64,000 nucleotides of DNA from Macrostomum hystrix (GCA_950097015.1 CATNEN010000001.1:10106001-10170000); one strand, 5' to 3'. Positions 32,603 to 46,482 are shown, counted from the stretch's first letter. Numbers and translations are program-made. Notes: generated by a model from the letters alone, not told the origin.

Positions 32603-35600
32603 ATGTCAAAAAAATATCTAGTCAGTACCAGTAAGGAAGTCATATTTCATGCGCCAAAGCGAAGAAAAGTTCGTGAAAAAATCGAACATCCTGCAGTAAA
32701 AAGGTTTGTTTTGAGTCTTAGAAATTTCGTGTTTTTACATTTTTCATCTCGAAGAGATGTAAACTCTTTTATTTCGTTATCAAATATTTAGTTTATCAAA
32801 ACACAGGATTTAGTCGAATGAGTAATTTTTAAATGAATTTATCTGTTGTGCTCATCTTACTACTCTTGACTAAAATAATGTATTGTTTAGAATTCAATTG
32901 AATAAAGTAATTTAATTCCTCCACAATTTTAGCGATATTGACATGAAGTCAATAAATGCACCCACGCCTAGTGCTATCGAGGAAGGCGACGATTTTGAAC
33001 CAGAAGAATTCTTAGAAGTTTTTGAGATTCCCCAGATATTCATATAAAAACTTTTTATATGGAATTTGTGGTAATTTTTAATAGCTTAGTTTAGTTTTAG
33101 TCTTGCTAATTTGCTGTAAACTTGGCAAATGCAGTATAGGCTTGTACTGTATAGATAGCCCAAAAATCGGATAGCGTTTTAAGGCTTGTTTCTTTTGCAG
33201 AACAAAAACGAAACTTGTCAGCCTTGATCTGAAATCTTTGCATGCGATTTTTTCTCAGCAAGAACCTTTGCAATGTGTAAAGTTTTTTGTTTATTAAGCT
33301 TCTTCGACGCAATTTTAGTTTTCTGACTGTTACTGGCGTCACTGTTGCGGCTGTTGGCAGTGACCACATCGATGAAAATGTGGATCATGATGACTATGAG
33401 CCACCTGCAGAAGAGGCCGATGGTGGGCCAAGTCGATATGACACTCGGCGTGAGCTTGAGGAGGACGGCTGGAAAAGTCTAGCCACAGAGCTGGCAGATG
33501 GATTTGCCTCGTTTTTTCGAAATGAAGTAAATAACCTGTGCTCGCTTTGTAAAGCTTTGGTTGGAGAGTTTAGGTGCGAGAGCTGTCACCTACTACAAGT
33601 GTGTGAGCACTGTCTCAATATCGCTCACTCACACAGTCCACCCCATGTTGTGAAGATATGGGATGTAAGTTCTGTGCTGTTTTGCTGTTTTTTATATTTA
33701 GCGTTTTCATAATGTCACGTTACTGATTTCTCGGCACGTTATATAAAGCTAGCGTATCCCTAAGTCAAACTTAAGGATTGCATTTTACAGAGCCGAGATT
33801 GCAATTAAGATCAAACTTGCACTTCAAGCTTAATAATGCGACCCATCCTTTATTTCGATTTCTTCATGTTCTTTTCAGGGTACAACTTACATGGTGGTCT
33901 CGACGCCAATACTTTTGGTTCGAAGAACCACTTGTGTCTGCGATGATATCAGCACGCAAGTTGTGACTGCATTAACAGATGAAGGTAAAGTGACAGTTGA
34001 TGTCAGATAGACAATTAGGCCATTTTTAAGTATTTGTTAACGCTATTCTTAAGACTTCTGTCTAAATATTGATGCCCTTGCCAACATTGTAGGTCAATTG
34101 ACCCTGCAAGTGGAGTCTTGCTCGTGCTTAACATTGCGGAACACGCTACTGTCGCATGGCTTCTGGCCGACGCAACCTCTGACCGAAACTGTCAAGGAGG
34201 TTATCGCTGTCCACATCAACTTGTTGCTGTTCTTCGATTGCGTATCATCAAGTTGTACAGCATCGTTATCATCACTCTGTGCTGCATGGAAAAATTGCAG
34301 AAGCTCCGCTTGGCTATCTCCGCCAACGAAGGTAACTGAAGGCTCGAGCAGATCTAGCTATCGTAAATAAAACTGAAACTTCCTTCTGTACAAAAATTAG
34401 CCGTCTTTATTCCATTTTTGCTGTAACGATTGCGCAGATCAATCTTTTTCGTACATTGAACACCACTGGAAGCTTTCGAGCATTTCGGCGACTTTTGCAA
34501 GACATTCGGTGGGGACAGAAGACATCGTGTCCAGCATGTTTTTTTGTAAGTTGGTAATGCATTTCGTCAGTGACGTGAAACTATTTCTGCCATCTTAAGC
34601 TCAAAGCAAGTGTTCGTACATCGGCTTTCAAGCGTAAATAAGTTATTTTGATTCCTTTAATGATTAGGATCCCACTCCGAGCACTCGAAGTGAAAGCTCG
34701 CAAGGACCCAATCCCGATGATAACACGCTGATGCCCGAAACTCAAGTCTCGACACCGACTTTTCTTATGCTGGACGGCTGCTTCGGCATAAGACATCGAA
34801 AACGTGCTGGAAAAGCGGCGATTCCGCTTGCGTCCGGTTTTTTCGTCGATGTCGATTTCAGCAGACCAGCTGGGCAAAACCGAAATCACTGCCCTAATTG
34901 GACAGCCGGTGGTCGGGGCAAAGGGCTCGTTACTGCATCCGACAAAAACAAACTCGATGTTTTTGGCCTTTTCTGTGGCTCCTGCCGCCATTCTAGCGTA
35001 ACATATCTGGCCGACATCGTTACACCAGGAGAAAGGTGCGCCTTGCCACAGAGAAATCTGTGTACCTTTTATACATGTTGCAGCTACGAACGTATTTAAG
35101 CTCATTCGTTATGTATCATTACTAAGCTTTTGCGCCCTGCCTAACTCTATAATTTTAAGGTCTAAACTTGTAGCCTGGCGACTGTATACTCAAAATTAAT
35201 AATCCGAATATCTTGCCCGGTATGCACGAATATCTTGTACAGTCCTCCTTTCTGATTTCATCTTTTATTTCTTCTTTTTCTTCCTTTCTTTTCGTTTTTT
35301 TCTCTTCAGAAAAAATAATAATTAATATGTTAGTATTAATTAAAATAAGAATACATAGTTAATAATGCCTGCACAAACTGGGCCAGATGTGCAGCTAACA
35401 GCGCAGCCGCATCTGAAGGCTGCGTAGGGCTGTTTAGTCCACGGAATTAAGGACCACCACACCCACCTTCAATTACCCCAGCTAATGCTGGTACCGATTT
35501 TACAGCTGGATGAACTGAAGCAGGGCAGAATTAAATGGCTTGCTAAAGGAAACAACTTGTACCGGTGGAGTCGGGAATCGAACCCCCGACCTTCAAGTCG

Positions 35601-37261
35601 TGAGTCCGACGCTCTAACCACTAGTCTACAACCCCTTCTTAAAAATAATACTTAGTTAATTTTAACTCATTAAAAACTAATTACAATGTAGTTGAAAACC
35701 TGCCTCAATTTAGGCTCGCGTATTCCCAAGCAATGGTATCGAAAGCGTTGGCAGACATTCCGAGCCATCAGAAATTGGTCGTGTCGTACGACATCAGCTG
35801 CAAGCTGGCCAGTCATTTCAATGATGACAGGCTGTCCTTCGCCATTCCGGCTTTCCATGCATACGGTCACAAGGAAAGCTGCCATACGAAATTCGGAATT
35901 CGATCCGTAAATGGCGCAGGTTTGACTGACGGTGAGAGCTGTGAGCGCATATGGTCTTCTGCTAGACGCTTTGGTCCGCAAGTGAAAGAAATGACTCATC
36001 CAAATCGCCGCGAGTTCCTGAACTACTGGGCGGATTCGGTCAACTTCGAGAAAATTCGAACTATTAGTGAGTCATTTACTTACAGTTTTTTATTGCAAGG
36101 AAGTGAACTTTATATTTTCCGAAGCAAGATGTTTACTTTAAAATTACTTAGGCTCCTGGTTGTTTGGACGACGGCTTGTTGAGAAGCGAGCTTGGCAGCG
36201 TTTCAATTCTGATGTTCGACAGTTTTGCGTTTTGACCGAAATGAACTGTGGGTTATTAGTATACGTTTTTATGTAATAATTAAAAATTTTAAAACCAATT
36301 AGATATAAATTTGCGTAATTGAAGTTCATAATTAAAGCAAAGGCGCAATTTAATCAAAGCACAACCTTGAAATATGACTTAAAAGCCTCGGGCTTTCTGA
36401 CCGCACTTTACTAATTAGAATACGTTATTAATCTGACAAAATTAATCCCTGTTATTTAATTTTTAGGTGACGTTGAAACCTTCCTAGCGTTGGCCAAAGT
36501 CTGGGAAAATGAACTTATCGAGCAATCTGTTAAGGAGAATGCCAGGACGGACCACACAGACCAGACGATTCTCGAACTTCAAGAGTTGGCTTGCGAGCGA
36601 GAATTTTTAATTTGTCGGGCAGCTAGAGAAAGTGGTCAAAAGCTCAATCGAGTCCTTAACAAACGACTCAGCAAAATATCTGCAAGGGCTAATGTACTTC
36701 TTGAACGGTACAACGCAAGTTGTCCGCCAGGCTGTACTTTGAATTTCAACAGCATTCTGGCAACTGATAATGGTGACACTTCAATGGTGGATATCGCAAG
36801 GAAACGTCAAGCAGTTAAGTTGCTGCAGCTTCAAAGAAGAATCGAAGAGGAATCTTCTTTGGTTCAAGAGGAGGTTCGGCGGGCATCTCGCTTTTTTGTT
36901 GATGCACTCCTGCGCACGAGATCAGAAGTTGAGATCAATGCTCATCGTCCCCTGCTGACTTTAAGAGTTCTCAGGGCCAATGGAATTGAACAACTTTTAA
37001 AACAGCATATCAGTATTTTCCCGTCGGAAGATATCTTCACTCGATTTCTCTCAGCGGCCTGTAAGCTTTGTGGTATAGTTTCGGTTTTATAATTTAGGTT
37101 ACTTTTAAGATCACAGAATATATATAGCGAATTCTTAACACTTAGGTAACGCTGGAGCAGTGCCACCCGATGAGGTGGATCTGATCGACCAAGAAGCTGA
37201 GATTACCGAGTCTTCCGATGATGAAGAAGATACCGAGACCTCTGATGCCGAGGATGATTAA
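32603..37261 (+). CDS. KDZ transposase with N-terminal Cys-cluster (CxC) domain, >=11 exons
   Basis: FRCESC..C..C...H...H...W, GFWPTQP, CPAC, MLDGCF, CRH, SYDISC, FHAYGHKESC, GLTDGESCERIWS. In-frame GT-AG exons ~33361-33664, 33879-33984, 34093-34331, 34438-34545, 34668-35035, 35713-36066, ~36152-36248, 36467-37060, 37146-37261. First two exons uncertain. Confidence 0.9.
35360..35635 (-). mobile_element. tRNA-derived CORE-like SINE in a transposase intron
   Basis: GGGGTTGTAGACTAGTGGTTAGAGCG...GGTTCGATTCC head, then CCTTTAGCAAG...CTTCAGTTCATCCAGCTGTAAAA core. Confidence 0.8.
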
Positions 37262-40200
37262 GAATCATGATATTCTGAAATCAGATATTATTTTTTAAAA
37301 CTTTGTTAAGCTTCTGATCCTTTAGCCCGGTCTTGAACGTATAACATTTTAAAACTCTGCTACACCCAGTTTTTTTGTTTTCCCACTCGATTGAAGGCAT
37401 TATGTTATTATAAATACATTTTATTTTTAAATAAACTCAACATCCTGTAAAAGCTAACCTATTATAAAAATTATTGAACAGAGCTGCCAAGAAAAAATTC
37501 TAGTTTATACGCTGAAAGCGAAATTATTTAATGTTTTACATTAATATTTAAAATTAACATCAAGCCGAGATTTAATGTCTTCCGTATTATGTCTTCTATT
37601 ATCAAAAGAGGATAACTAATCGCTTGTGTGCTTTCTACGCATGCATGTATCTATGTCGAGTGAGGAGAGCTGGCTACCGCTTTTTTAATTTTGCATTTGC
37701 GCAGTACGAGCAGCATAATCTCGTATAATCTTCGAGACAGTCTATGACAATCATTTAAAAGCTGCAAGTTTCTGAAATGTTAACGACAAACGTCACGAAG
37801 TACATGGTATTAATTGTCCTGCTGCAAGAAGCAACTAATACCAATACACGGTTTTAATTAGCAGCAGTATTAGCGCACTCAAAAAGAGTCGCTGATTTTC
37901 TGTTCTTAAGAAAGGGACAAAATATATAACAAGTATATATATATATAACTCATATAACTCACTATACGATTATAGTGAGTTTATTTATTTGTGCGATGAA
38001 ATATAGAAAATATGAAAGTTAGGAATGATTAAAATCAACCACTCAGTACAATAATATTCACTTGCTCAAGTTGCGTGTATAGTGAAACTAGTGAAACGTA
38101 AAACTTTATCTGCAATACATGATCTAATCCATGTATCAAGAAATATACGAGTACAAAGATTCGGGTCTGGAAAATCAGAGGAAAGTTAAGAAATATCGGA
38201 TGTTTTTATAAATGAGGAAGAAAAAATGTTAAGAGCGCAGTCACCCTGTAAGCCATGCTTCCAGCAATTAGCTGCTCTTTTTTAAACAAGGTTTTAATCG
38301 CTTGGCAACAGTCTCATCAAGTAGCCGCGGGTCCCACTTTCTTTTTTTCCCACTACTATCTGAATCGTATTGTCCACTTGATAGAAATTACAATTACAAA
38401 TACCAACTCTGCAGCTAACGTTATGCTAGTCTCCAAGTGAAGTTGATCGTGCTAATTTTTTAATTACTCTGTCTGTCATTTCGACATCTCCATACCTGCA
38501 AGTCTGTTCAAACTTATGTGGGAAAATCATAAATTTTCCGAGCTAGGATGCAGGCTAATTAATTATGAAATTTCGAATTTTAAGATCGTTCAACACCATA
38601 AAAAGTGTCAGTTCCATTAGCTTAGTCAATCGTAACGAGACAATTAAGCTAACATGCGCAGAGAGAGAAGCTAGGGGTGCAAAGTGCAGAAACACTACTT
38701 TATGGATACATTACTGGACACGCGATCGCGCGTACACTGTGACACGGCAACAGTGGCTGCAACTCTAAAAAACCGAAATGTCTGAATTCTTTGCGTATTT
38801 GACGATAAACGTAAATGTGTACGTTCATAAAGACAACGCAAGGCAATACACGTTTTTGTTAAGATGATATGGAGTACATGTAAACGTTCCACTGCATGCT
38901 CACTGTGCATGTACGACTTATTCAGAGGTTTCGCGCCAAATATACGCTTACGCATGCCTGCATTCTGTGATCATCGCGTAAAAATCCGCGAACAAAATCT
39001 CTGCCAGCAAAGTTTGGCTAGCAAAAACCTCACTAGCCAATATTCCTGCTAGCAAAATTCGGCTAGCATTTTCCTGCTAGCAAAGTCATAGACCCTTCAT
39101 CCAAGCGCCCAATGTAATCCTAACGTATACTATTATAGGAATAGTTAGGGACTGCACATGCACGAGAACGCATGCATTGAAGCACACCATTAATGGATAA
39201 GAAGTGCGCTGACTGTTTCCCATCGGACACACTCTACCTTGGGTAGTGCCCACTGCATGTCTAGTGCTGCATCCCTAAGAATCCCCTATGCAAAAGTCCT
39301 CTCTTGCTGACCAATCTATTCCCTGAGAATCCCTACTATCTTCGGCCATACTACCTAAAGTACTTCTCTGAACAGAGCGACAGCCGCGTTTCGGTAGGGC
39401 CAGTCAATTGTAGTGTCCTGTAGGTGGCTGGTGGCAGCCCTGCCTAGCAGTTCTTACCTCTCACAACCCTGGTCCCTGGGATCTTGGCCACTCAGGCACA
39501 CCAACAGGTACCATACATCAGAGGTGGAGTAGATCGATTAGGAGCAGTTCAGTACAATGCACGTGTCCTGTCAGACACGGTCGTTCGAGAATATATACTG
39601 AATGTACTAAATACTGAATTTCACTGTCTCGTCAGCCGGCACATCACACGTGCGGGCGTACGCAAATGATTCTTTGTCATGATGCGTACGTGTGGTCTGG
39701 GCGTGGGTCAGTGTCTACTTTTTTCGACCCGAACTGACCCAGGGTCAAGCCACCTATAATTCCCCGCTGAATCGCCTCTCCTTTCCTGGCTGCGCCTACC
39801 GCCCGTCTGACCTGCGATTCGCACCTCTCACTCGACTCGCCCTCTCCTATTTCCCTCCCCTGTTTTGCATATTTTGGCTTTAGTAAATTAAGCTAGCAAT
39901 TAGACCCCTCCGGGTCCGTAAACACCTTTCATAGGAAGGGGTAAAAAATATCACCCCGTTAGCAGACAGCAGACTAATCCATCTGTTTCGTGTCAAATCC
40001 AGCGCTGAGCACGCTCCCGAGGGCCAATGAGATAGAGAGGGCAGCGGCGCTGACATTGACCTGTCAGCCATCTTGGATCCGGCGCTCTCTGTAATGGCGC
40101 GCCTAAAATCTTAAGAAGCTCAGAAGATTACGCTAAGGCGTCGTTGCCGAGTCGTTTGATACGCCGCCTTTTTTGCGACCATGAGTTTCAGCATCCAACA

Positions 40201-41016
40201 GCAACGACACAACACTCATGCAGCCATAGACACAGTAGCCGCGAGTTTCAATTAGGCCATTGCCATGAACTCTGGCTTTCCATGAGCATCATTGCATCAT
40301 TGCTTGAAATTGCCAGCTTCATTCTGCAGTCGTTTACCCGACTCCGAGGCAAACTCAATCGCAATCCCAATCAAGGTAGATACAATCGCAAGTTCAGGCC
40401 GAATGCACCTTGCCATTTGAGACGAAATGAAGCACCAAAGTAATAAATACGCTCGTAACATTGAAAATTACGACCCTTCAAATGTGCTAGAATCGCAAAA
40501 CATGCGTACAATACTTATTGTATTTAATGAAGTGGCGCGAGGCTACGTATGCACTTTGTTGCTTTTTAAGTCATTTTTGGCAAAAAATATTTAATCGAAC
40601 AGAATTACGCTCGTAACTTTGTATTAAAAAAGCTGTGAAACTTTCATTTATGATAAAAAGTAAAATAAACGGTATCACTGGTTTTAGCAGCCGTTTAAGC
40701 AATTGAGACATAGCAATCTGCATCATCAAAGAAAAATGCAAATTTGAGCAAAATAAATGTTTTAATTCAGTTAAATGCACAACACAGGAAAAAAATATTT
40801 TTTTCGCGCGCTTGTATGCTGGAGATTGTATTTAATACAATATGCTTTATCCGTGATAAGTTTCCATCATAGCTAATTCGAGATTGCACATAATGTTCCG
40901 TTTTAAGTTTGCCGGAACTGGCCGTCGAGGCTTCAACAATCACCTGGTGGACATCTCTCAGTCTTAGCGGGCTGGCTGATTACCGCTTGGTTTGAGCAAA
41001 ATTGATGAGTCATAAG

Positions 41017-43202
41017 TCATAACTGAAACAGATCACGGACTGCATTGTTGGTTCCGACGACTCGAACAATTTGACTCGCCACAGAGGTGGCACAGGTGGC
41101 TTGCCCGTTGATAACTCGAATGATTCGAATGCCGCTGCTCTGGTCAGCGATGCTCTGACCGGCGATGCTCTGGCCAGCGATGCTCTGACCGGCGATGCTC
41201 TGGCCAGCGATGCTCTGACCGGCGATGCTCTGGCCAGCGATGCTCTGACCGACGATGCTCTGACCAGCGATGCTCTGACCGACGATGCTCTGGTCAGCGA
41301 TGCTCTGACCGACGATGCTCTGGTCTGCAGCAACCTGGCCGTTTGAGATACGCGATAAATCCTCGACAATGGGGCTAATAGAGAAGCAAATGGTATCTCT
41401 ATTAGCCCACAATGTGTTTAGATGTTCCGCCTTAAGCATTTTTGGTGGTTGGTCTGCTGGCACCCCAGCTGGCCAGTGAAGCCAATTCTTGCAGTACTTC
41501 TTATACTGCAACCGACCAGAGCCACCAGCAGCAACTAAAAATTGGTGATTAGAAGAGAAACGCCAGTGGTATCAGAAGCAATTGTTATTATAATCCTTAA
41601 TCCTTAATCCTTAATGTAAGGCTATTTGTTTCAGGACAGTTTGGAGTTGGAGAAGCTAGAGAAGCTAGCGCTTTAATCGAAAATAGCGGTAAGCATGAGC
41701 AACTAACTAAAATAAACCGTTGAATGCAATAAAAAAATTGAATGCCAGACGACGCTTAAAGGATCTACTGAATTGAATTGCAAGCCTACAAGATTGCCAA
41801 ATATTTAAACAAGTTCGTTAATTTGGTCAAAAGGTCCGTTTACTTAACAGAAATATACTCACAGAATTTTTGCACCAAAAACTTTCCAACTTTCCGACGG
41901 AGATCAGCGACGGACTGTTTTCTAGTGTGGCTGCTCTCCTCAGACATTAGCTACGAGTGCAATAGACAGAATTAAATTGCAGTGAATTTGAATTTTGTGA
42001 TAATAAAGTTTTAACAAAAATATAATCAAGATCCGAGCTAACCCTGTTGCTTACATTGTGCAGGCCGGATTTTTTTACGCTTCCAAAAACATTCGTCGTT
42101 TCGAAGACGTGAAAGTCACCGCTCGGCAGGCCAAGGCAAATAGCCACAGAAACATTAGCAGTCTCACAAGTTTGCATCTGCAACAAAAAAACGAAAAAAT
42201 AACCTCTTTGGCAGAGATTAAGGTGACAGGTATAGAGCTAATACCCGACAAAATTTTGCCTGCTGCGTACTAATTTTTCGGCATATGCTTTAATTCGCGC
42301 GGAACTTTTCTCGGCAGTACACTGCAGATTCCTTAAAGCAACTTCCCTACGTAGATCAGCTAGCTGTGTCTTGCTCAAGGCGCGGAAAGCCTTTCGGAGC
42401 GCTTGAATTCGAACTAAAATTGTTTTTTTAATGGAAGTGTTTAAATGTGAGCGAAATGTAAAGGCCTCCAGGTGCTTCGAAATTTACATTTGCCGATTAC
42501 CTAAAATTTTGTCTAGGCACAGGGTGGCATTTTGTACGAGCGTACACTATTGGTATTTCAATACTTAATATATAAACAGCGATGCACGTTTGCAGAGTGT
42601 AAAGTATGAAGTCCGCTCGAGAGTAGTTTAGTGTGGTGCGAAGAATCGTAAGGCCCCAGCTGGCCAAGCTTGCGACTTTTTATTTGAGCAAACCGTGGGG
42701 TGGTGCAACTATCGATTGGCATATCGATGTACATATCGCAGGCAGATAATTGGTTGGGCCAATGCACGCGATATGAACATCGATATGCCAATCGATAGTT
42801 GCACCACCCCACGGTTTGCTAAAATAAAAAGTCGCAAGCTTGGCCAGCTGGGGCCTTACGATTCTTCGCACCACACTAAACTACTCTCGAGCGGACTTCA
42901 TACTTTACACAGAGCATGAGCAATTGAGTTTGGGCGCCAGTGCACAAGAACGGTCTACAAAATAACTGCATAAAAAGTTGAAACAAATTTAAGCAAATAC
43001 CAACCAGCAAATGATCCTGACATAAGCTTATAGCGCCTGGAAACAAAAATGTTCCAAGCCGATGCCTTTCGCCAGCGCATATTTGCTGAAAGAAGCGTAA
43101 AAGTACAACGAATGAATTTATAAATACACAAATAGATCTAGACGTAAAAAAACTATTTTCACTCCAGCGATCTGCCACATCCCGTGTTCTTGCCAAACCC
43201 AT
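41017..43202 (-). CDS. Six-exon 330-aa gene with HMG-box-like N-terminus and QSIAG repeats; second gene of the KDZ element
   Basis: Exons 43202-43163, 43085-43005, 42413-42271, 42177-42055, 41950-41863, 41534-41017 join in frame. Motifs RKASAWNIFVSRRYK...LRKAFRALSKTQLADLRR and WLHWPAGVP. Confidence 0.75.
41140..41325. repeat. 15-bp coding minisatellite (QSIAG/QSIVG)
   Basis: GCGATGCTCTGACCG-type units, about 12 copies. Confidence 0.95.
42598..42909. mobile_element. Palindromic MITE, TGT...ACA ends, 5-bp TSD (Ginger-like)
   Basis: ~140-bp near-perfect arms; TSD CAGAG at 42593-42597 and 42910-42914; lies in intron 2 of the HMG-like gene. Confidence 0.85.
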
Positions 43203-43672
43203 TTATGTTCCCACTAGCTTAGGTTAGGTTCATAGGTTCATAGTTAGGTTCATACTTAGGTTCATAGCATCTCTTGCCATATTTCAGTTAGCCCCTGACA
43301 GCTAGAGCAAGCCCCTGCCAGCAAGCTCTACCTGCTAGACCCTACCAGCTAACCTTTTCAGTAGCCCTTATGAGCTACCAGCCCTACCAGCTTGCCCCTA
43401 CTAGCCAGCACATACTGCTAGCACCTACCAGCCTGCCCCAACAAGCCCTACCATCTAGCCCCAACCAGCCTGCCAGCTAGCCCCAACCCCAACCTGCCCT
43501 GCCAGCCCTACAAGCTAGCTCCAACCAACCCCACTAGCTTGCCTCTACCAGCCCCTATCAGCTAGCCCCTACTAGCTAGCCTTACCAGCTATCCCCTAAC
43601 AGCTCTATTATCTTTTCTAGCCCCTACCAGCTAGCCTCAAACTCTATTATTTTTTTTCTAGCCCCTACCAGC

Positions 43673-45995
43673 TATCCCCTAACAGCTCTACCATCTAGCC
43701 CCTACCAGCCTGCCCCTACTAGCTAGCCCTACCAGCTATCCCCTAACTCTATTATCTAGGCCTATGCTAGCCACTACCAGTTATCCCCTAACAGCTCTAC
43801 CATCTAGCCCCTACTAGCTAGCCCTACCAACTATGCTATCCCCTAACTCTATTATCTAGGCCTATGCTAGCCACTACCAGTTATCCCCTAACAGCTCTAC
43901 TATCTAGCCCCTACTAGCTATCCCCTAACAGCTCTACTATCTAGCCCCTAGGCTACCAGTTATCCCCTAACAGCTCTACCATCTAGCCCCTACCAGCCTG
44001 CCCCTACTGGCTAGCTAGCCCTACCAGTTATCCCCTAACTCTATTATCTAGGCCTATGCTAGCTGCTACCAGCTATCCCCTAACAGCTCTACCATCTAGC
44101 CCCTACTAGCTAGCCCTACCAACTATGCTATTCCCTAACTCTATTATCTAGGCCTATGCTAGCCACTACCAGTTATCCCCTAACAGCTCTACCATCTAGC
44201 CCCTACCAGCCTGCCCCTACTAGCTAGCCTTACCAGCTATGCTATCCCCTAACTCTATTATCTAGGCCTATGCTAGCCACTACCAGTTATCCCCTAACAG
44301 CTCTACTATCTAGCCCCTACTAGCTATCCCCTAACAGCTCTACTATCTAGCCCCTAGGCTACCAGTTATCCCCTAACAGCTCTACCATCTAGCCCCTACC
44401 AGCCTGCCCCTACTAGCTAGCCCTACCAGCTATCCCCTAACTCTATTATCTAGGCCTATGCTAGCTGCTACCAGCTATCCCCTAACAGCTCTACCATCTA
44501 GCCCCTACCAGCCTGCCCCTACTAGCTAGCCTTACCAACTATGCTATCCCCTAACTCTATTATCTAGGCCTATGCTAGCCACTACCAGTTATCCCCTAAC
44601 AGATCTACTATCTAGCCCCTACTAGCTATCCCCTAACAGCTCTACTATCTAGCCCCTAGGCTACCAGTTATCCCCTAACAGCTCTACCATCTAGCCCCTA
44701 CCAGCCTGCCCCTACTAGCTAGCCCTACCAGCTATCCCCTAACTCTATTATCTAGGCCTATGCTAGCTGCTACCAGCTATCCCCTAACAGCTCTACCATC
44801 TAGCCCCTACTAGCTATCCCTACCAACTATGCTATTCCCTAACTCTATTATCTAGGCCTATGCTAGCCACTACCAGTTATCCCCTAACAGCTCTACCATC
44901 TAGCCCCTACCAGCCTGCCCCTACTAGCTAGCCTTACCAACTATGCTATCCCCTAACTCTATTATCTAGGCCTATGCTAGCCACTACCAGTTATCCCCTA
45001 ACAGCTCTACTATCTAGCCCCTACTAGCTATCCCCTAACAGCTCTACCATCTAGCCCCTACCAGCCTGCCCCTACTAGCTAGCCCTACCAGCTAGCCTAC
45101 TACAAGCTCTACTATCTAGCCCCTGCCTATTTATTGCCTTAGACAGGCAGGCTATATTAGCTTATGAAATGGACTGTATATATAGATTATAGAGCTATGG
45201 ACATTTGATTTTATATTTAATAAATTATATGTAAAAGCCTTGGTTACTTATGCATATAGACATTGCAATGGCATTGGAATAATTTATGGTTATTTATTTA
45301 AGCCTTTGACTATAGCTATAAGCCTAGTATGTGATAGTAAGCTAGCTGAATTATTCATTTACAAGTCAATACATAGAAGTAATTATAAATTTAGGGGATC
45401 AGGTACATCAACAATTTAAATTGGGCCTAAATCCAAAAAGAAAGCTAATAGGCCTAGCTAATATTAGGCCTAATATTAATACTTGCCCATTTAAGACAGC
45501 TAGAAATACAATTTTAGTTCAAATAATACTATACAGGCATGCAGCTAAACTAGTTCTAGCCTTTTTATTAACTAACTGACAGTTTTGTTCAAGCCAATTA
45601 TCGATTCTATTGTGCACCATTGGACCACTAAATAGATATCATAAAGGATTACAATAATGCAGTAGAGAGCTTCTCTTCTATCTTGAATTGTCAAGAGTCT
45701 TTTTGGCATTTAGAATAGATTCTCACATTTAAATACTGTACAAATTAAAATACTACTACTAAAAATACATTTATATATAGCTAATTGCTATATAACTACT
45801 TGCTATATAACTAATACTAAGCGTCTATTTCTGCAGTGTAGCGTAGATCCTCCCTATTAAATTGGACTATCGAGCCTAATTAAACTGAAAGAGCATGCTC
45901 TTAGAACACGGAGCATGCGCCGAGTAGCCTATGATGCGCTCCTCGTGCATGCTCCGAAATCGTTTCTTAGGCTGACTACCGTGTCAACACGGGTG
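43673..45995 (-). repeat. Right TIR of the KDZ element
   Basis: Reverse complement of 29398-31720. Confidence 0.95.
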
Positions 45996-46104
45996 GTTTA
46001 ATAGTGATCACAAGTAGTTTATCCTGATATGTAAGTGGCCCGATGAGACATATCAGGCAAATCCTGCCGTATTCGCCTAATGAATTCAAATTAGATGGGA
46101 TCAA

Positions 46105-46482
46105 AACGGGATCATCGCATAACTAGATTGGGATCATTGCATAACTAAATTGGGATCATCGCATAACTAGATTGGGATCACTGCATAACTAAATTGGGAT
46201 CATTGCATAACTAAATTGCGATCATCGCATAACTAGATTGGGATCATTGCATAACTAAATTGGGATCATTGCATAACTAAATTGGGATCATTGCATAACT
46301 ACTTGTAAATTGGGGTCATTGCATAACTAAATTGGGATCATTGCATAACTACATTGGGATCATTGCATAACTAAATTGGGGTCATTGCATAACTAAATTG
46401 GGATCATTGCATAACTAAATTCGGATTATCGCATAACGAAAGTGGGCTCATTGCATAACTAAATTGGGATTATCGCATAACG
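46105..46482. repeat. 22-bp satellite GGGATCATTGCATAACTAAATT
   Basis: About 17 tandem units. Confidence 0.95.

Larger units (their letters stand above)
29398..45995. mobile_element. 16.6-kb KDZ-family DNA transposon with ~2.3-kb TIRs
   Basis: Termini CACCCGTGTTGACACGG.../...CCGTGTCAACACGGGTG; TSD GTTTAAT (29391-29397, 45996-46002); KDZ transposase inside. Confidence 0.9.

Noticed and set aside
35560-35635. tRNA gene (also 7530-7600 and 8535-8605)
   Set aside because: A/B boxes are present, but they continue into SINE bodies and lack a clean acceptor stem.
37740-39095. TIR element bounded by GTCTATGAC
   Set aside because: Only a 9-bp inverted match and no TSD; the right end with GCTAGCA subrepeats may be a MITE fragment.
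39113-39648. Solo LTR (TGTAAT...ATCACA) inside the KDZ element
   Set aside because: No TSD and no second copy in the window.
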